DNA of 62,434 nucleotides from Candidatus Pacearchaeota archaeon. Lineage in GTDB: Archaea > Nanobdellota > Nanobdellia > Pacearchaeales > GW2011-AR1. The position numbers and the translations under genes are program-made. The stretch covers positions 1-62,434 of the forward strand of contig JAGVXA010000012.1 in NCBI GenBank assembly GCA_018304025.1, read 5' to 3'. Below, piece after piece: positions 34,737 through 43,710 of this stretch (position 1 is the stretch's first letter; each line of letters starts with the position of its first letter). A model generated the notes under the pieces. The model worked only from the letters and a program-made list of their open reading frames with translations, was not told the DNA's origin and searched no databases.

Positions 34737-36131
34737 ATGGGAAACATTCATGAAATAAAACAGACGGGGAAGATGCTTGTGCCTGGAATTGTTTTTGCGT
34801 CGGATAAACTTTTTGAAGATATGAAAAAAGACAAGACGCTTGAACAAGTTAAAAACGTAGCTCAGCTTCCAGGAATTATCGACAAAAGCATTGCGATGCC
34901 TGACGCGCATGAGGGCTATGGATTTTGTATTGGTGGTGTTGCTGCTTTTGACGTCGAGAAAGGAGTTGTTTCTCCGGGCGGCGTTGGATATGATATTAAT
35001 TGCTCGGTTCGGCTGCTTCGGACTAATCTAAAATCTTCTGATGTCAAAAACTGGAAAGAAATTTTGCATTCGCTTTTTCGTTGCGTGCCGTCTGGTGTCG
35101 GGCAGGGCTCGAAATTAAAATTAAGCGACGCGGAACTTAATGAAGTTTTGAGCAACGGCGCGCAGTGGGCTGTTGAAAAAGGATACGGCGTTAAGGAAGA
35201 TTATTTGCATACAGAAGATGAAGGGAGATTGAATGGGGGGAATCCGAAAGATATTTCGCAAAGGGCTCGGGCTAGAGGGAAAGGGCAGTTGGGGACATTG
35301 GGGGCGGGGAATCATTTTTTGGAAATTCAAGTTGTTGATGAAGTTTTTGACGAGGAGATTGCTAAAACATTTGGATTGAAAAAAGGAGAAGTTACAATAA
35401 TGGTTCATTGCGGCTCTCGGGGGCTTGGGCATCAAGTTGCTTCGGATTACATTCAAGAGATGGAGAAGAAGATTGGAGTTGCTGGATTGCCGGATAGAGA
35501 ATTAGTCAATGCGCCGATTAAATCTGAACTCGGCGGAAAATATTTATCGGCGATGGCGTGCGCTGCGAATTTTGCGTTTGCGAATAAACAATTAATTACG
35601 CATTGGATTAGAGAGGATTTGAAGCATTATTTTCCGAAGATAAAAATTGAAGTTGTCTATGATGTCTGCCATAATATTGCTAAATTCGAGAAGCATTTTG
35701 TTGATGGGCATGATAAAGAAGTTTTGGTTATGAGGAAAGGAGCTACTCGGGCTTTTGGACCTGGGCGGGCGGAGATTCCTGCGGATTATCGTTCAGTTGG
35801 ACAGCCTGTTATTTTACCTGGCTCGATGGGAACTTCTTCTTATGTTTTAGTTGGTACTAAGGAATCTGAAAAATTAAGCTGGGGTTCGACAGCGCATGGC
35901 GCAGGGAGATTGATGAGCCGCTCTGCTGCGAAGAAAAAATTGAATGCAGGCGATGTTAAACGGAAGATGAGTGAGCAGGGGATTATTTTGGAGTCTGGTT
36001 CTACTGCTGGAATTGTTGAAGAAGCTGCTGAGGCGTACAAAGATGTTGATGAAGTTGTGCGGGTGTCTGATGAGTTGGGGATTGGGAAAATGGTTGTTAG
36101 ATTAAAGCCGTTGGCTGTGATGAAGGGATAA
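34737..36131 (+). CDS. rtcB: RNA-splicing ligase RtcB
   Basis: MPDAHEGYGFCIGGV, GYDINCSVR, GAGNHFLE, HCGSRGLGHQ, HGAGR. Confidence 0.93.
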   Translation: MGNIHEIKQTGKMLVPGIVFASDKLFEDMKKDKTLEQVKNVAQLPGIIDKSIAMPDAHEGYGFCIGGVAAFDVEKGVVSPGGVGYDINCSVRLLRTNLKSSDVKNWKEILHSLFRCVPSGVGQGSKLKLSDAELNEVLSNGAQWAVEKGYGVKEDYLHTEDEGRLNGGNPKDISQRARARGKGQLGTLGAGNHFLEIQVVDEVFDEEIAKTFGLKKGEVTIMVHCGSRGLGHQVASDYIQEMEKKIGVAGLPDRELVNAPIKSELGGKYLSAMACAANFAFANKQLITHWIREDLKHYFPKIKIEVVYDVCHNIAKFEKHFVDGHDKEVLVMRKGATRAFGPGRAEIPADYRSVGQPVILPGSMGTSSYVLVGTKESEKLSWGSTAHGAGRLMSRSAAKKKLNAGDVKRKMSEQGIILESGSTAGIVEEAAEAYKDVDEVVRVSDELGIGKMVVRLKPLAVMKG

Positions 36132-36203
36132 GATTATTTGGATAGAACCAGAAATTTTTATGGAGAGAATAATTAGTGAATTAACATCGAGAAATTAATC
36201 TTT

Positions 36204-36346
36204 CTCGGCGCGCAAATTGGACTTGCATAAGAACACCTTCTCGGTTTTCTTACCAACTTTCCCCTTGCGATACTGCTCATGGCTGATTCTTGCGGCTGGC
36301 AAGTCTTATTGTTAACAGCTCACTCCGTTCGCTGGTGCGCACCGAG
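36204..36346. mobile_element. palindromic repeat unit (arms CTCGGCGCGC/GCGCACCGAG) with ~85-nt loop insert shared with 52790..52870
   Basis: AAATTGGACTTGC...GGCAAGTC architecture. Flanked by tcgagaaatt (left) and aatttccgagaattt (right) outer arms. Confidence 0.6.
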
Positions 36347-36448
36347 CAATTTCCGAGAATTTTGTCATAACGAGATTAAATTAGATTAGGTTTATAGCAA
36401 ATAGAAATTTCCGAGAATTTAATTAGACAATTAATTTGAAGCGACAAA

Positions 36449-37717
36449 TTAAATATTCTGAGTTATCTGAATCGGAGCGCTTATTTTCTGCATCGGATTC
36501 GCTATCGTCGGCATCGGCTCTCTTTCCGGAAGTTTTTCAAGATATGTTTTTGGGATGTTTATTATTTTATTGAATAATTTTCCGTATTCAATCGCGACGT
36601 TTTTCCATGTCATCTGCCTTGTGTACTGGTATGCGTTTTTTTCTATTTCTTTTAATTTTTCTTTGTCTGAAAGAAGTTCGATTATCGCGCTTGAGAATTC
36701 TTCCGGCTTTTTGAAATTAACTAATCGCCCTCTTTTGTAGTTTATAATATCTCTTGCGTGCAAGAATTTCGTCGAGACTACGGCTCTTCCGACTCCCATT
36801 GCATTCACTAGCGTGCCGGAAGTAATCTGGCCTTTTGTCAGCGACGGAGAAATATAAATGTTGCTTGCTTTTAGATACTGGATTATTTCGTCTTGGGTTA
36901 TATATTTGTTGTAGAATTTTACATTTTCCTGGACTCCTCTTTTTTTTGCTCTTTCTTTCAGCCAGGTTCTGTACGCTTCTCCTTCTTCTTCTCTTACTCT
37001 CGGATGAGTTTCACCAATGATTAAATAAAGGAGATTTGGGAACTGATTGACAACTTCCGGCAATGCGTCAATAACGTGCTCATATCCTTTGTTTCGGCTC
37101 ATTAATCCAAAGGACGAGAGAATTATTTTATCTTGATAACCTAGAACTGTTTTTTCTTTCAGCTGCGGTTCGAAAGAAGTGCTTGGAATTCCGTGAGGGA
37201 TTAGATATATCGGCGTGCTTACATTGTATTTTTTTCGGAGCAATTTAATCCCGCTTTTTGTCATGACGACGATTCCCTGAACTCTGTCCGCGATTTCTCT
37301 TACGACTTTTATCATTCTCTCGTCGGGATTAGGAACAACGCTGTGGAATGTTACGACTGTCGGCTTTTCTAATAGCTCTAAGAACGCTAAAAGATTGTCT
37401 CCGAACTCTCCGCCGAACAAACCGAACTCGTGCTGGATAGAAACAAATTTTATTTCTGGAGTGTTATTTATTTTTTTTGCTTTCTCAATATAGTCTGCCA
37501 TGTCGTTGTCAACTATCTGGAACATAATTTTTGTGGAGTAGTTGTAAATGTTTTCGTTGTCGTTGATTGCGAGGATTTTTGTTTCAATAATCGGAGAAAA
37601 TCTTTTGTCGACGGCATCTGTCAAATCTTTTGTGAATGTTGCGATTCCGCATTCTCTTGGGGGGAATGTTCCCATGAATAAAATTATCGGTGCGTTAACT
37701 ATGGCCTCTTTTTCCAT
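36449..37717 (-). CDS. GT4-family glycosyltransferase
   Basis: 422 aa, GT-B fold. C-terminal half has the typical Glycos_transf_1 pattern (SPSLTKGQITSGTLVNAMGVGRAVVST). Confidence 0.8.
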   Translation of the reverse strand: MEKEAIVNAPIILFMGTFPPRECGIATFTKDLTDAVDKRFSPIIETKILAINDNENIYNYSTKIMFQIVDNDMADYIEKAKKINNTPEIKFVSIQHEFGLFGGEFGDNLLAFLELLEKPTVVTFHSVVPNPDERMIKVVREIADRVQGIVVMTKSGIKLLRKKYNVSTPIYLIPHGIPSTSFEPQLKEKTVLGYQDKIILSSFGLMSRNKGYEHVIDALPEVVNQFPNLLYLIIGETHPRVREEEGEAYRTWLKERAKKRGVQENVKFYNKYITQDEIIQYLKASNIYISPSLTKGQITSGTLVNAMGVGRAVVSTKFLHARDIINYKRGRLVNFKKPEEFSSAIIELLSDKEKLKEIEKNAYQYTRQMTWKNVAIEYGKLFNKIINIPKTYLEKLPEREPMPTIANPMQKISAPIQITQNI

Positions 37718-37826
37718 GTGGTTGTTAAAGAGAGCGGAGTTTTAAAACCTTGCGTTATGCGGAGACGAAATTATTTTTTAATAAGATTTAAAACTTGGTT
37801 GAACTAATTAAATTAAAGAAAAGACG

Positions 37827-38561
37827 ATGGCAATTAATAAATTAATTATTTTAAAGAACAAAGAGGAGGCGGCTAGGCGCGCTGCAGAAATTTTTGTCGA
37901 GGCGATTCAACGAAAACCTAATCTTGTTTTAGGCTTGCCGACGGGAAAAACGTTTGTTCCGATTTATCGCGAGATTGTTAAATTGTGCGGGAAAAAGAAA
38001 ATTAGCTTTGCTGGAGTTAAAACTTTCAATTTGGATGAATATTTTGGTTTGAAATTTGGAGACAAAAGAAGTTTTAGATATTATATGAATAGAAATTTTT
38101 TTAGCAAGGCTGGTATGGGGGAAGGAAAGATATTCATGCTAAACGGCGACGTTAAAGATTTTCGGAGAGAATGCTTGGATTACGAGCGGGAGATTAGAAA
38201 AGCCGGCGGAATTGATTTATTGTTTTTGGGTATTGGTTTGAACGGACATATCGGCTTTAACGAGCCGGGCTCTTCGTTTGCAAGCAGAACTCGACGAGTT
38301 AAATTAACAGAGAGCACGCGGAAATCAAATGCTGTCGGAGTTCCTGGTTATGCTTTGACGATGGGGATTGGAACTATTTTGGGGGCGCGGAAAATTGTTT
38401 TAGTAGCGACGGGAAGAAATAAATCTTTGGTTGTTCGGAAAATTATTAATGGAGAAATTACTACAAGAGTTCCGGCTTCTGCTTTGAGGAGACATAAAAA
38501 TACGACAGTGATATTGGATAAAGATGCTGCTTCTGGCTTGAAGAATAATAAGAAGATTTAA
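37827..38561 (+). CDS. nagB: glucosamine-6-phosphate deaminase
   Basis: LGLPTGKTFVPIY, FNLDEY, LLFLGIGLNGHIGFNEPGS. Confidence 0.8.
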   Translation: MAINKLIILKNKEEAARRAAEIFVEAIQRKPNLVLGLPTGKTFVPIYREIVKLCGKKKISFAGVKTFNLDEYFGLKFGDKRSFRYYMNRNFFSKAGMGEGKIFMLNGDVKDFRRECLDYEREIRKAGGIDLLFLGIGLNGHIGFNEPGSSFASRTRRVKLTESTRKSNAVGVPGYALTMGIGTILGARKIVLVATGRNKSLVVRKIINGEITTRVPASALRRHKNTTVILDKDAASGLKNNKKI

Positions 38562-38585
38562 TAAATTGTATTAATACTAATTTGA

Positions 38586-40541
38586 ATGAAAAAAGGCGTG
38601 CTATTTGTTTTTGGAATTTTTGTTTTGGTTTATTTGGTTGAGAATGTTTCTGCTGACTGCGTTGGTGGGTGGACAGAAGGAAATAATATTTCACAATATG
38701 GAATAACTTGGTTTTTTGACAAGCCATATCAATGCGGGACTTTTGTCAATGGAGATTATTGGGTTGTTGGACCAGCAAATATAATAAAAATAATTCCGGA
38801 ATCTGTAGCAATCAATGAATCTGGAATTACTAACAGAATTATTAACGGAGCCATGATAAATATTAATTCTTCGATAAAACAAATAGGTTATGACAGTGCG
38901 ATAACTTCTTTTAGATACAATGAAAGTCTTAACGCTGCAAGAAAAAATGGCGCCCAAATTTCATCTGCGAACTTTTTGGAGTTACCTGCCAATACTTCTC
39001 TGGTTTCTACGATTAGCTTAAATTCAACTTTTTATGATTTTGGGGTCACGCAGGGTTATGTGCTAAAAACAGCTGCGATTTTGACAGTGCTAGATAAAGT
39101 TCCGGCGGAAGGAAGTTTTAGGCCGGCATATTGCGGAAACGATAAAACAATAAAATTTAATGAAAATCAATTGAACTATAATTTGCTGTCAAACTTAGAT
39201 AGAAAAAATTATACTAGCAGTTTGTCTTTGAAAATGTTAAATGAAACTGAAAGCCGCACCGAATCTTCTCCGGCGGAAAGACAGCTAAGCAGACCATGGC
39301 TTGACCACTTGGGGACTGGAATGGGCGATGTAATAATGCCGTATGAAAATGGAAATCGCTACCCAGGGTATCGAAATCAGCATATTCAGATTAGCGCGAT
39401 GATGCTGAATCTTGACTGGACAGGATCTCCAGGTTTTGTAAGCAATGAACAATTCAAGAGAGATTTGTTAGTTGAGAATGTTCAATTGGGAATTGATCTT
39501 TACGGAGTTTACAAATTTAATACCTATTTAGGATGGGATGCAGAGGGGGGGCACGGAATCAGCAGAAAATTTCCGATTATATTTGCGGGGACGATGTTAG
39601 ACGGTTCACAAGCAAACAGCGATGCAAGGGCAATGAAGAATCTTTCATTTTCGCCAGGAATTGAGATTGCTGAAGATCTGCAAATTTTTTATGTTAATCA
39701 AAGCACAATTGACGCCCAGAATAACAACTATAGTTCCAGCAATAATTGCAATCCTCAAAGAATGATACCTTGGGGAGACCCATTAAATGTTTGTGACTCG
39801 AGTGAATGCAATGGAGATGCTTGTGGTAATGCAGTTGGTCCGGATCCTCGTTCTACGTATATCATTCCATACGCTCAAACAGATTTTGGACTTCCTGAAT
39901 GGAAAATTGGCCCAGCACATCCAGGAACTTTTAACAGAGCATGGCGCAGTTACTATCGGCAAGTTTCTCAGGGTTATTTTCCAGGGATAGCACTCGCCGT
40001 AAGAATAATGAATTTAACTAAAGAATGGGATCATAATGAATTTTTAGACTACATGGACAGATATGTGGAAATTGAAAGAGAGTCTCGAAGAAGACTTGTG
40101 AATGCTGGTGGAAGTATGAATTATGGCGAATGCATTTATAATTATACGACGCATGTTTGCGAACCTGGAATTGAATTTAACATTCCTGGGACACCTCAAG
40201 AAGATATTCGTGGAAATGAAGTTCACGAAATTCTTGCAAGACATTACGCTTTTAGCTCTTCGCTTGTTGAAAATCTTTGGAATGATTACAGAGAGAGCTA
40301 TGGTTGTGTTTGGGAATATGATAATCTTACGGATTTGAATTCAAAGTGGCATTACAATTGTTCGGGCGCGCTGGTGCGATGCGAGGGGCACGCGTCTGTA
40401 GTCGGCGATTTAGTTGCGCAATGCAGTGATTATCCTAATCAGCGCGCATTGGAAGATAACCCGTGTGGATTTGGATGCGAAGGAATGGCAATGCCGGTTG
40501 AATCGTGCACAATAACAAAAGCATATTGGCAAATTGTGTAA
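38586..40541 (+). CDS. secreted protein of unknown family (paralogue of 43711..45360) ending in CTITKAYWQIV
   Basis: Signal peptide. The shared N-terminal block GNNISQYGITWFFDKPYQCGTFVNGDYWVVGP and later blocks (GGHGISRKFPIIFAG) match the paralogue. Confidence 0.7.
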   Translation: MKKGVLFVFGIFVLVYLVENVSADCVGGWTEGNNISQYGITWFFDKPYQCGTFVNGDYWVVGPANIIKIIPESVAINESGITNRIINGAMININSSIKQIGYDSAITSFRYNESLNAARKNGAQISSANFLELPANTSLVSTISLNSTFYDFGVTQGYVLKTAAILTVLDKVPAEGSFRPAYCGNDKTIKFNENQLNYNLLSNLDRKNYTSSLSLKMLNETESRTESSPAERQLSRPWLDHLGTGMGDVIMPYENGNRYPGYRNQHIQISAMMLNLDWTGSPGFVSNEQFKRDLLVENVQLGIDLYGVYKFNTYLGWDAEGGHGISRKFPIIFAGTMLDGSQANSDARAMKNLSFSPGIEIAEDLQIFYVNQSTIDAQNNNYSSSNNCNPQRMIPWGDPLNVCDSSECNGDACGNAVGPDPRSTYIIPYAQTDFGLPEWKIGPAHPGTFNRAWRSYYRQVSQGYFPGIALAVRIMNLTKEWDHNEFLDYMDRYVEIERESRRRLVNAGGSMNYGECIYNYTTHVCEPGIEFNIPGTPQEDIRGNEVHEILARHYAFSSSLVENLWNDYRESYGCVWEYDNLTDLNSKWHYNCSGALVRCEGHASVVGDLVAQCSDYPNQRALEDNPCGFGCEGMAMPVESCTITKAYWQIV

Positions 40542-40713
40542 AAATATAAATAGCATTTCTAATTTGGGAAATAGTTATTCTGAGAAGATTAGCTTCGGAG
40601 ATAATTAATGGGAAGAAGAATTTTTGAAGGGTTGTAAGATTACAAAAAATTTTTCTAAACTATAATCTCTGGAATTCATAAAGATTTATAAATTTCCTGC
40701 TGCGTAAAGAGAG

Positions 40714-41280
40714 ATGAAAAAAGCTTTGGTGATTGTCGCGCATCCTGATGATGAAACAATCTGGATGGGCGGAACGATTTTGAGAAACAAGAACTGGGAG
40801 TGGACAATTTTTTCGCTGTGCAGAAAAAATGACGTCGACAGAGCGCCGAAATTCAAAAAAGTTTGCGAGATTTACAACGCTTCTTCGATTATTTCTGATT
40901 TGGATGATGAAATTTTGGAGCCGCTTGATATTTCTGAAGTTGCTGATAAAATGAAAGAAAAAATTTCCGGCGAGTGGGATTATATTTTTACGCACGGTGA
41001 GAACGGAGAGTACGGACACTTGAGGCACAAAGAAGTTCATCGGGCTGTCAAGGAGATGATTAGAAAAAAAGAATTGAATTGCAAGAATCTTTTCTTTTTT
41101 TCCTACGTTTTGCCGTCGGGAAATAAGATTCCTTCTCCAACAGATGCAGCTGATTTGAAAATAAATTTGAACAAAACAGAAATGAACGCAAAACGAAAAG
41201 TAATTAAAGATGTTTATGGTTTCAAAGAGAACAGCTTTGAATTTTTGAGCTGCAAAAAGGAGGAGTCGTTCAATAATTAA
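40714..41280 (+). CDS. PIG-L/LmbE-family N-acetylglucosaminyl deacetylase
   Basis: ALVIVAHPDDETIWMGG and HGENGEYGHLRH. Confidence 0.8.
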   Translation: MKKALVIVAHPDDETIWMGGTILRNKNWEWTIFSLCRKNDVDRAPKFKKVCEIYNASSIISDLDDEILEPLDISEVADKMKEKISGEWDYIFTHGENGEYGHLRHKEVHRAVKEMIRKKELNCKNLFFFSYVLPSGNKIPSPTDAADLKINLNKTEMNAKRKVIKDVYGFKENSFEFLSCKKEESFNN

Positions 41281-41281
41281 A

Positions 41282-42499
41282 ATGAAAATAGTTGTGATGC
41301 ACCCATATCCGTTAGAAAGCGACGGGCAGAGCCTGCAGGGAGATTATCTTTTTCGCGGACTGAAAGAAATCGGAGAAGAAGTCATGCAGTGCGACAGAGG
41401 AAATAGTTTTCACAAGACGTGGGTTTACGAGCATTTCAAGCCAGACGTTGCAATCGGAGTTGGATTTTGGGCAGATACTCCAGAATTAATTCATGCTCCG
41501 CAGGAAGACGGCGTGCTGCCTGTTCCGTGGTTTAATGCCGACGGGTGGGTGGCGAATTACCAAGACGATTTGAACAAACTTCCTCTGATTGTTGCTACAA
41601 GCAACTGGGTTAAATCAACTTACATACGAGACGGCGTGAAAGGAGACAATATTGAAGTATGCTCGATTGGATTTGATCCTGCTGTTTTTTATCCTCGGCA
41701 AAAAAATGATCCTGCTGTTTTGAAATTAAGAGAGATGCTGGAAATTAAGGAAGATGAAAAAATGATTCTTACTGCGGGCGGGGATGTTACTTCGAAAGGG
41801 GCGCAGGAAATGTTGCAGGCGCTTGCGAAGATAGACAAAGAATTTCCGAAATGGAAATATGTCTGCAAGACAATGGATAGTTTTTCTGCGAAGAATCACG
41901 GCAAGGAAGAAAAATCTTTGATAAAAGAATTAGGGTTGGATAAGCACAAGATAAAATATCTTTCTGAAGATTTTTCTCCAGACTTTATGGCTCTTCTTTT
42001 GAACGCCTGCGATATTTACGCTGCTCCGTCGCGATTGGAGGGATTTGGAATGATTCAGGTTGAGGCGATGGCTTGCGGGAAACCTGTTATTTCAATAAAT
42101 GTCGGCGGGCCGAGGGACACGATTGTCCACGACAAAACAGGATTTTTAGTTGATGTTGCGCATGAGATTAAGCTGGAGAAAGAATGGGTTTACAAGCACA
42201 TGGGCTTCAAGGAAAAAATGATGATTGATTTTCCGATTCCGAAGACGTTTGCTTACCGAGCTGATATTAATCAGTTAGCGTCGTGCACTTTGAAATTAAT
42301 GAAGGATGATGTTTTGCGGGAGAAGATGGGGCTTAACGCAGCCAAACACGCTTTAGAGAATTTTCATTACAAAGTTATTGCGAGGAACATGAGGGATTTG
42401 ATTATGCGAAGAGTTTTCGACGGGAATGGGGAGAAGATTGCGCAGGGGATTAAGAATACTGTTGTGAAGAAGGAAGAGAATGGCAACGGGTTAGAGTAA
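41282..42499 (+). CDS. GT4-family glycosyltransferase
   Basis: PSRLEGFGMIQVEAMACGKPVIS..GGPRDTIVHDKTGFLV. Starts 1 nt after the deacetylase stop. Confidence 0.8.
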   Translation: MKIVVMHPYPLESDGQSLQGDYLFRGLKEIGEEVMQCDRGNSFHKTWVYEHFKPDVAIGVGFWADTPELIHAPQEDGVLPVPWFNADGWVANYQDDLNKLPLIVATSNWVKSTYIRDGVKGDNIEVCSIGFDPAVFYPRQKNDPAVLKLREMLEIKEDEKMILTAGGDVTSKGAQEMLQALAKIDKEFPKWKYVCKTMDSFSAKNHGKEEKSLIKELGLDKHKIKYLSEDFSPDFMALLLNACDIYAAPSRLEGFGMIQVEAMACGKPVISINVGGPRDTIVHDKTGFLVDVAHEIKLEKEWVYKHMGFKEKMMIDFPIPKTFAYRADINQLASCTLKLMKDDVLREKMGLNAAKHALENFHYKVIARNMRDLIMRRVFDGNGEKIAQGIKNTVVKKEENGNGLE

Positions 42500-43600
42500 A
42501 ACTTTTTTCTTTTTCAAAGATTCATACGCAAGAATATACATTCCCGCGTTCCACGCCTGATTGCCTTCTTTTGACAAAGAGTTTGGCTTTCCTGTTTTGC
42601 CGTCGAGCCATTCGCTGAATAATGGATTTTGCAAATTGGCTTTTGCAAGTTTTTCTAATTGACTCTTTGCTTCTGAGAATTTTTTCTGCTTGATTAATGC
42701 GAGGATGTAGAAGCCGCCGATGTAAGTCCAGATGCCGCTGTTCGAATATTGGTAGGGCGTGCGCGCGCCGCAGTCGTTAAAATAATCCTGCCAGTCCTTG
42801 CTTCCTTTTTTTATAGGGGGATAGATTGTTTTTATTGGAAATGGTTTTGCGATTTTTTCGTTTTGAATGTGCTGCAGAATTTTTTTAGCTTGTTGTTTTG
42901 AAGCGACATTGAAAATAACTGCTAATAAGTTGCCGAGCGAGTCGAACCATTCTCCTTTTTCCTGATAGGAGTTATGGTTTTTCCAGCGCCAGGGCAGGTA
43001 AAACTTTTCTTTCCAGAGAGAAACATCGCTTATTTCGTTGATTCTTTTTTTTAGTTTTTCTGCCTGCTTTTTTTTATTTGCTAATTTCAGAGCCTTGTAG
43101 TAAAGCGCCTGCGTGTTTATCGTGTGCCCGTATCTGTGGGGAAAGGCGTCCTGCCAATCTGTCGTCGGGAGCTGCTCCAGCATGATGTCTTCTGTTGTGT
43201 CCTGATAGGAAAGCCAGGTGAATGCTTTTTTGATATTCTTTTTTTGGGAGTTGAATAATTTCGAGTCATTGTATCTTTGCCTGTAAATGTAGTGCCCGAT
43301 TATAAACCAGAGAGTTGAGTCGATTGAAGTGAAGTCGACGTGATGTTTTCGTTTTACGAATTTGTCTACTGCGTTTGGGATTTGCCCTTTTTCGCTTTGT
43401 TCTTTCGCGAGAGTTTTTAACGACGCTGCGAATGTTTTTTTGAAGTTTTTTCCGAGGAGAGATGCGCCTAAAGAGGTTATCATTGAGTCTCTTGCCCAGA
43501 CCATGTCGTAGCCGGGGAAAGCTGCGAAAAATCCGTGGGGTGTTTCGCATTTTTTCAGAACTTTGACTGCTTCGCTGTACGCCCTCTTTGTTTCGTCCAT
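42491..43600 (-). CDS. (alpha/alpha)6-barrel glycoside hydrolase-like protein (GDE_C / neutral-invertase-like)
   Basis: GYDMVWARDSMITSLG near the N-terminus. W-rich helical repeats. An alternative ATG at 43666 would add 22 aa. Confidence 0.6.
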   Translation of the reverse strand: MDETKRAYSEAVKVLKKCETPHGFFAAFPGYDMVWARDSMITSLGASLLGKNFKKTFAASLKTLAKEQSEKGQIPNAVDKFVKRKHHVDFTSIDSTLWFIIGHYIYRQRYNDSKLFNSQKKNIKKAFTWLSYQDTTEDIMLEQLPTTDWQDAFPHRYGHTINTQALYYKALKLANKKKQAEKLKKRINEISDVSLWKEKFYLPWRWKNHNSYQEKGEWFDSLGNLLAVIFNVASKQQAKKILQHIQNEKIAKPFPIKTIYPPIKKGSKDWQDYFNDCGARTPYQYSNSGIWTYIGGFYILALIKQKKFSEAKSQLEKLAKANLQNPLFSEWLDGKTGKPNSLSKEGNQAWNAGMYILAYESLKKKKVLL

Positions 43601-43710
43601 TGTTAAATTAATATTTTGGAGTTTAAATTGTTTTGGGAAAATTGTATAAATATTAATAAAAGTCATATAATAACAAATTTTAATAACTCTCCTTATTATT
43701 AATTTGAAAG

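Noticed and set aside
40660-41040. 126-aa minus-strand ORF
   Set aside because: It is antisense to the PIG-L deacetylase gene, which has clear family motifs.
43601-43666. 22-aa N-terminal extension of the glycosidase-like gene from the ATG at 43666
   Set aside because: The extension leaves only 44 nt for two divergent promoters and is not family-like. The start at 43600 is preferred, but this is uncertain.
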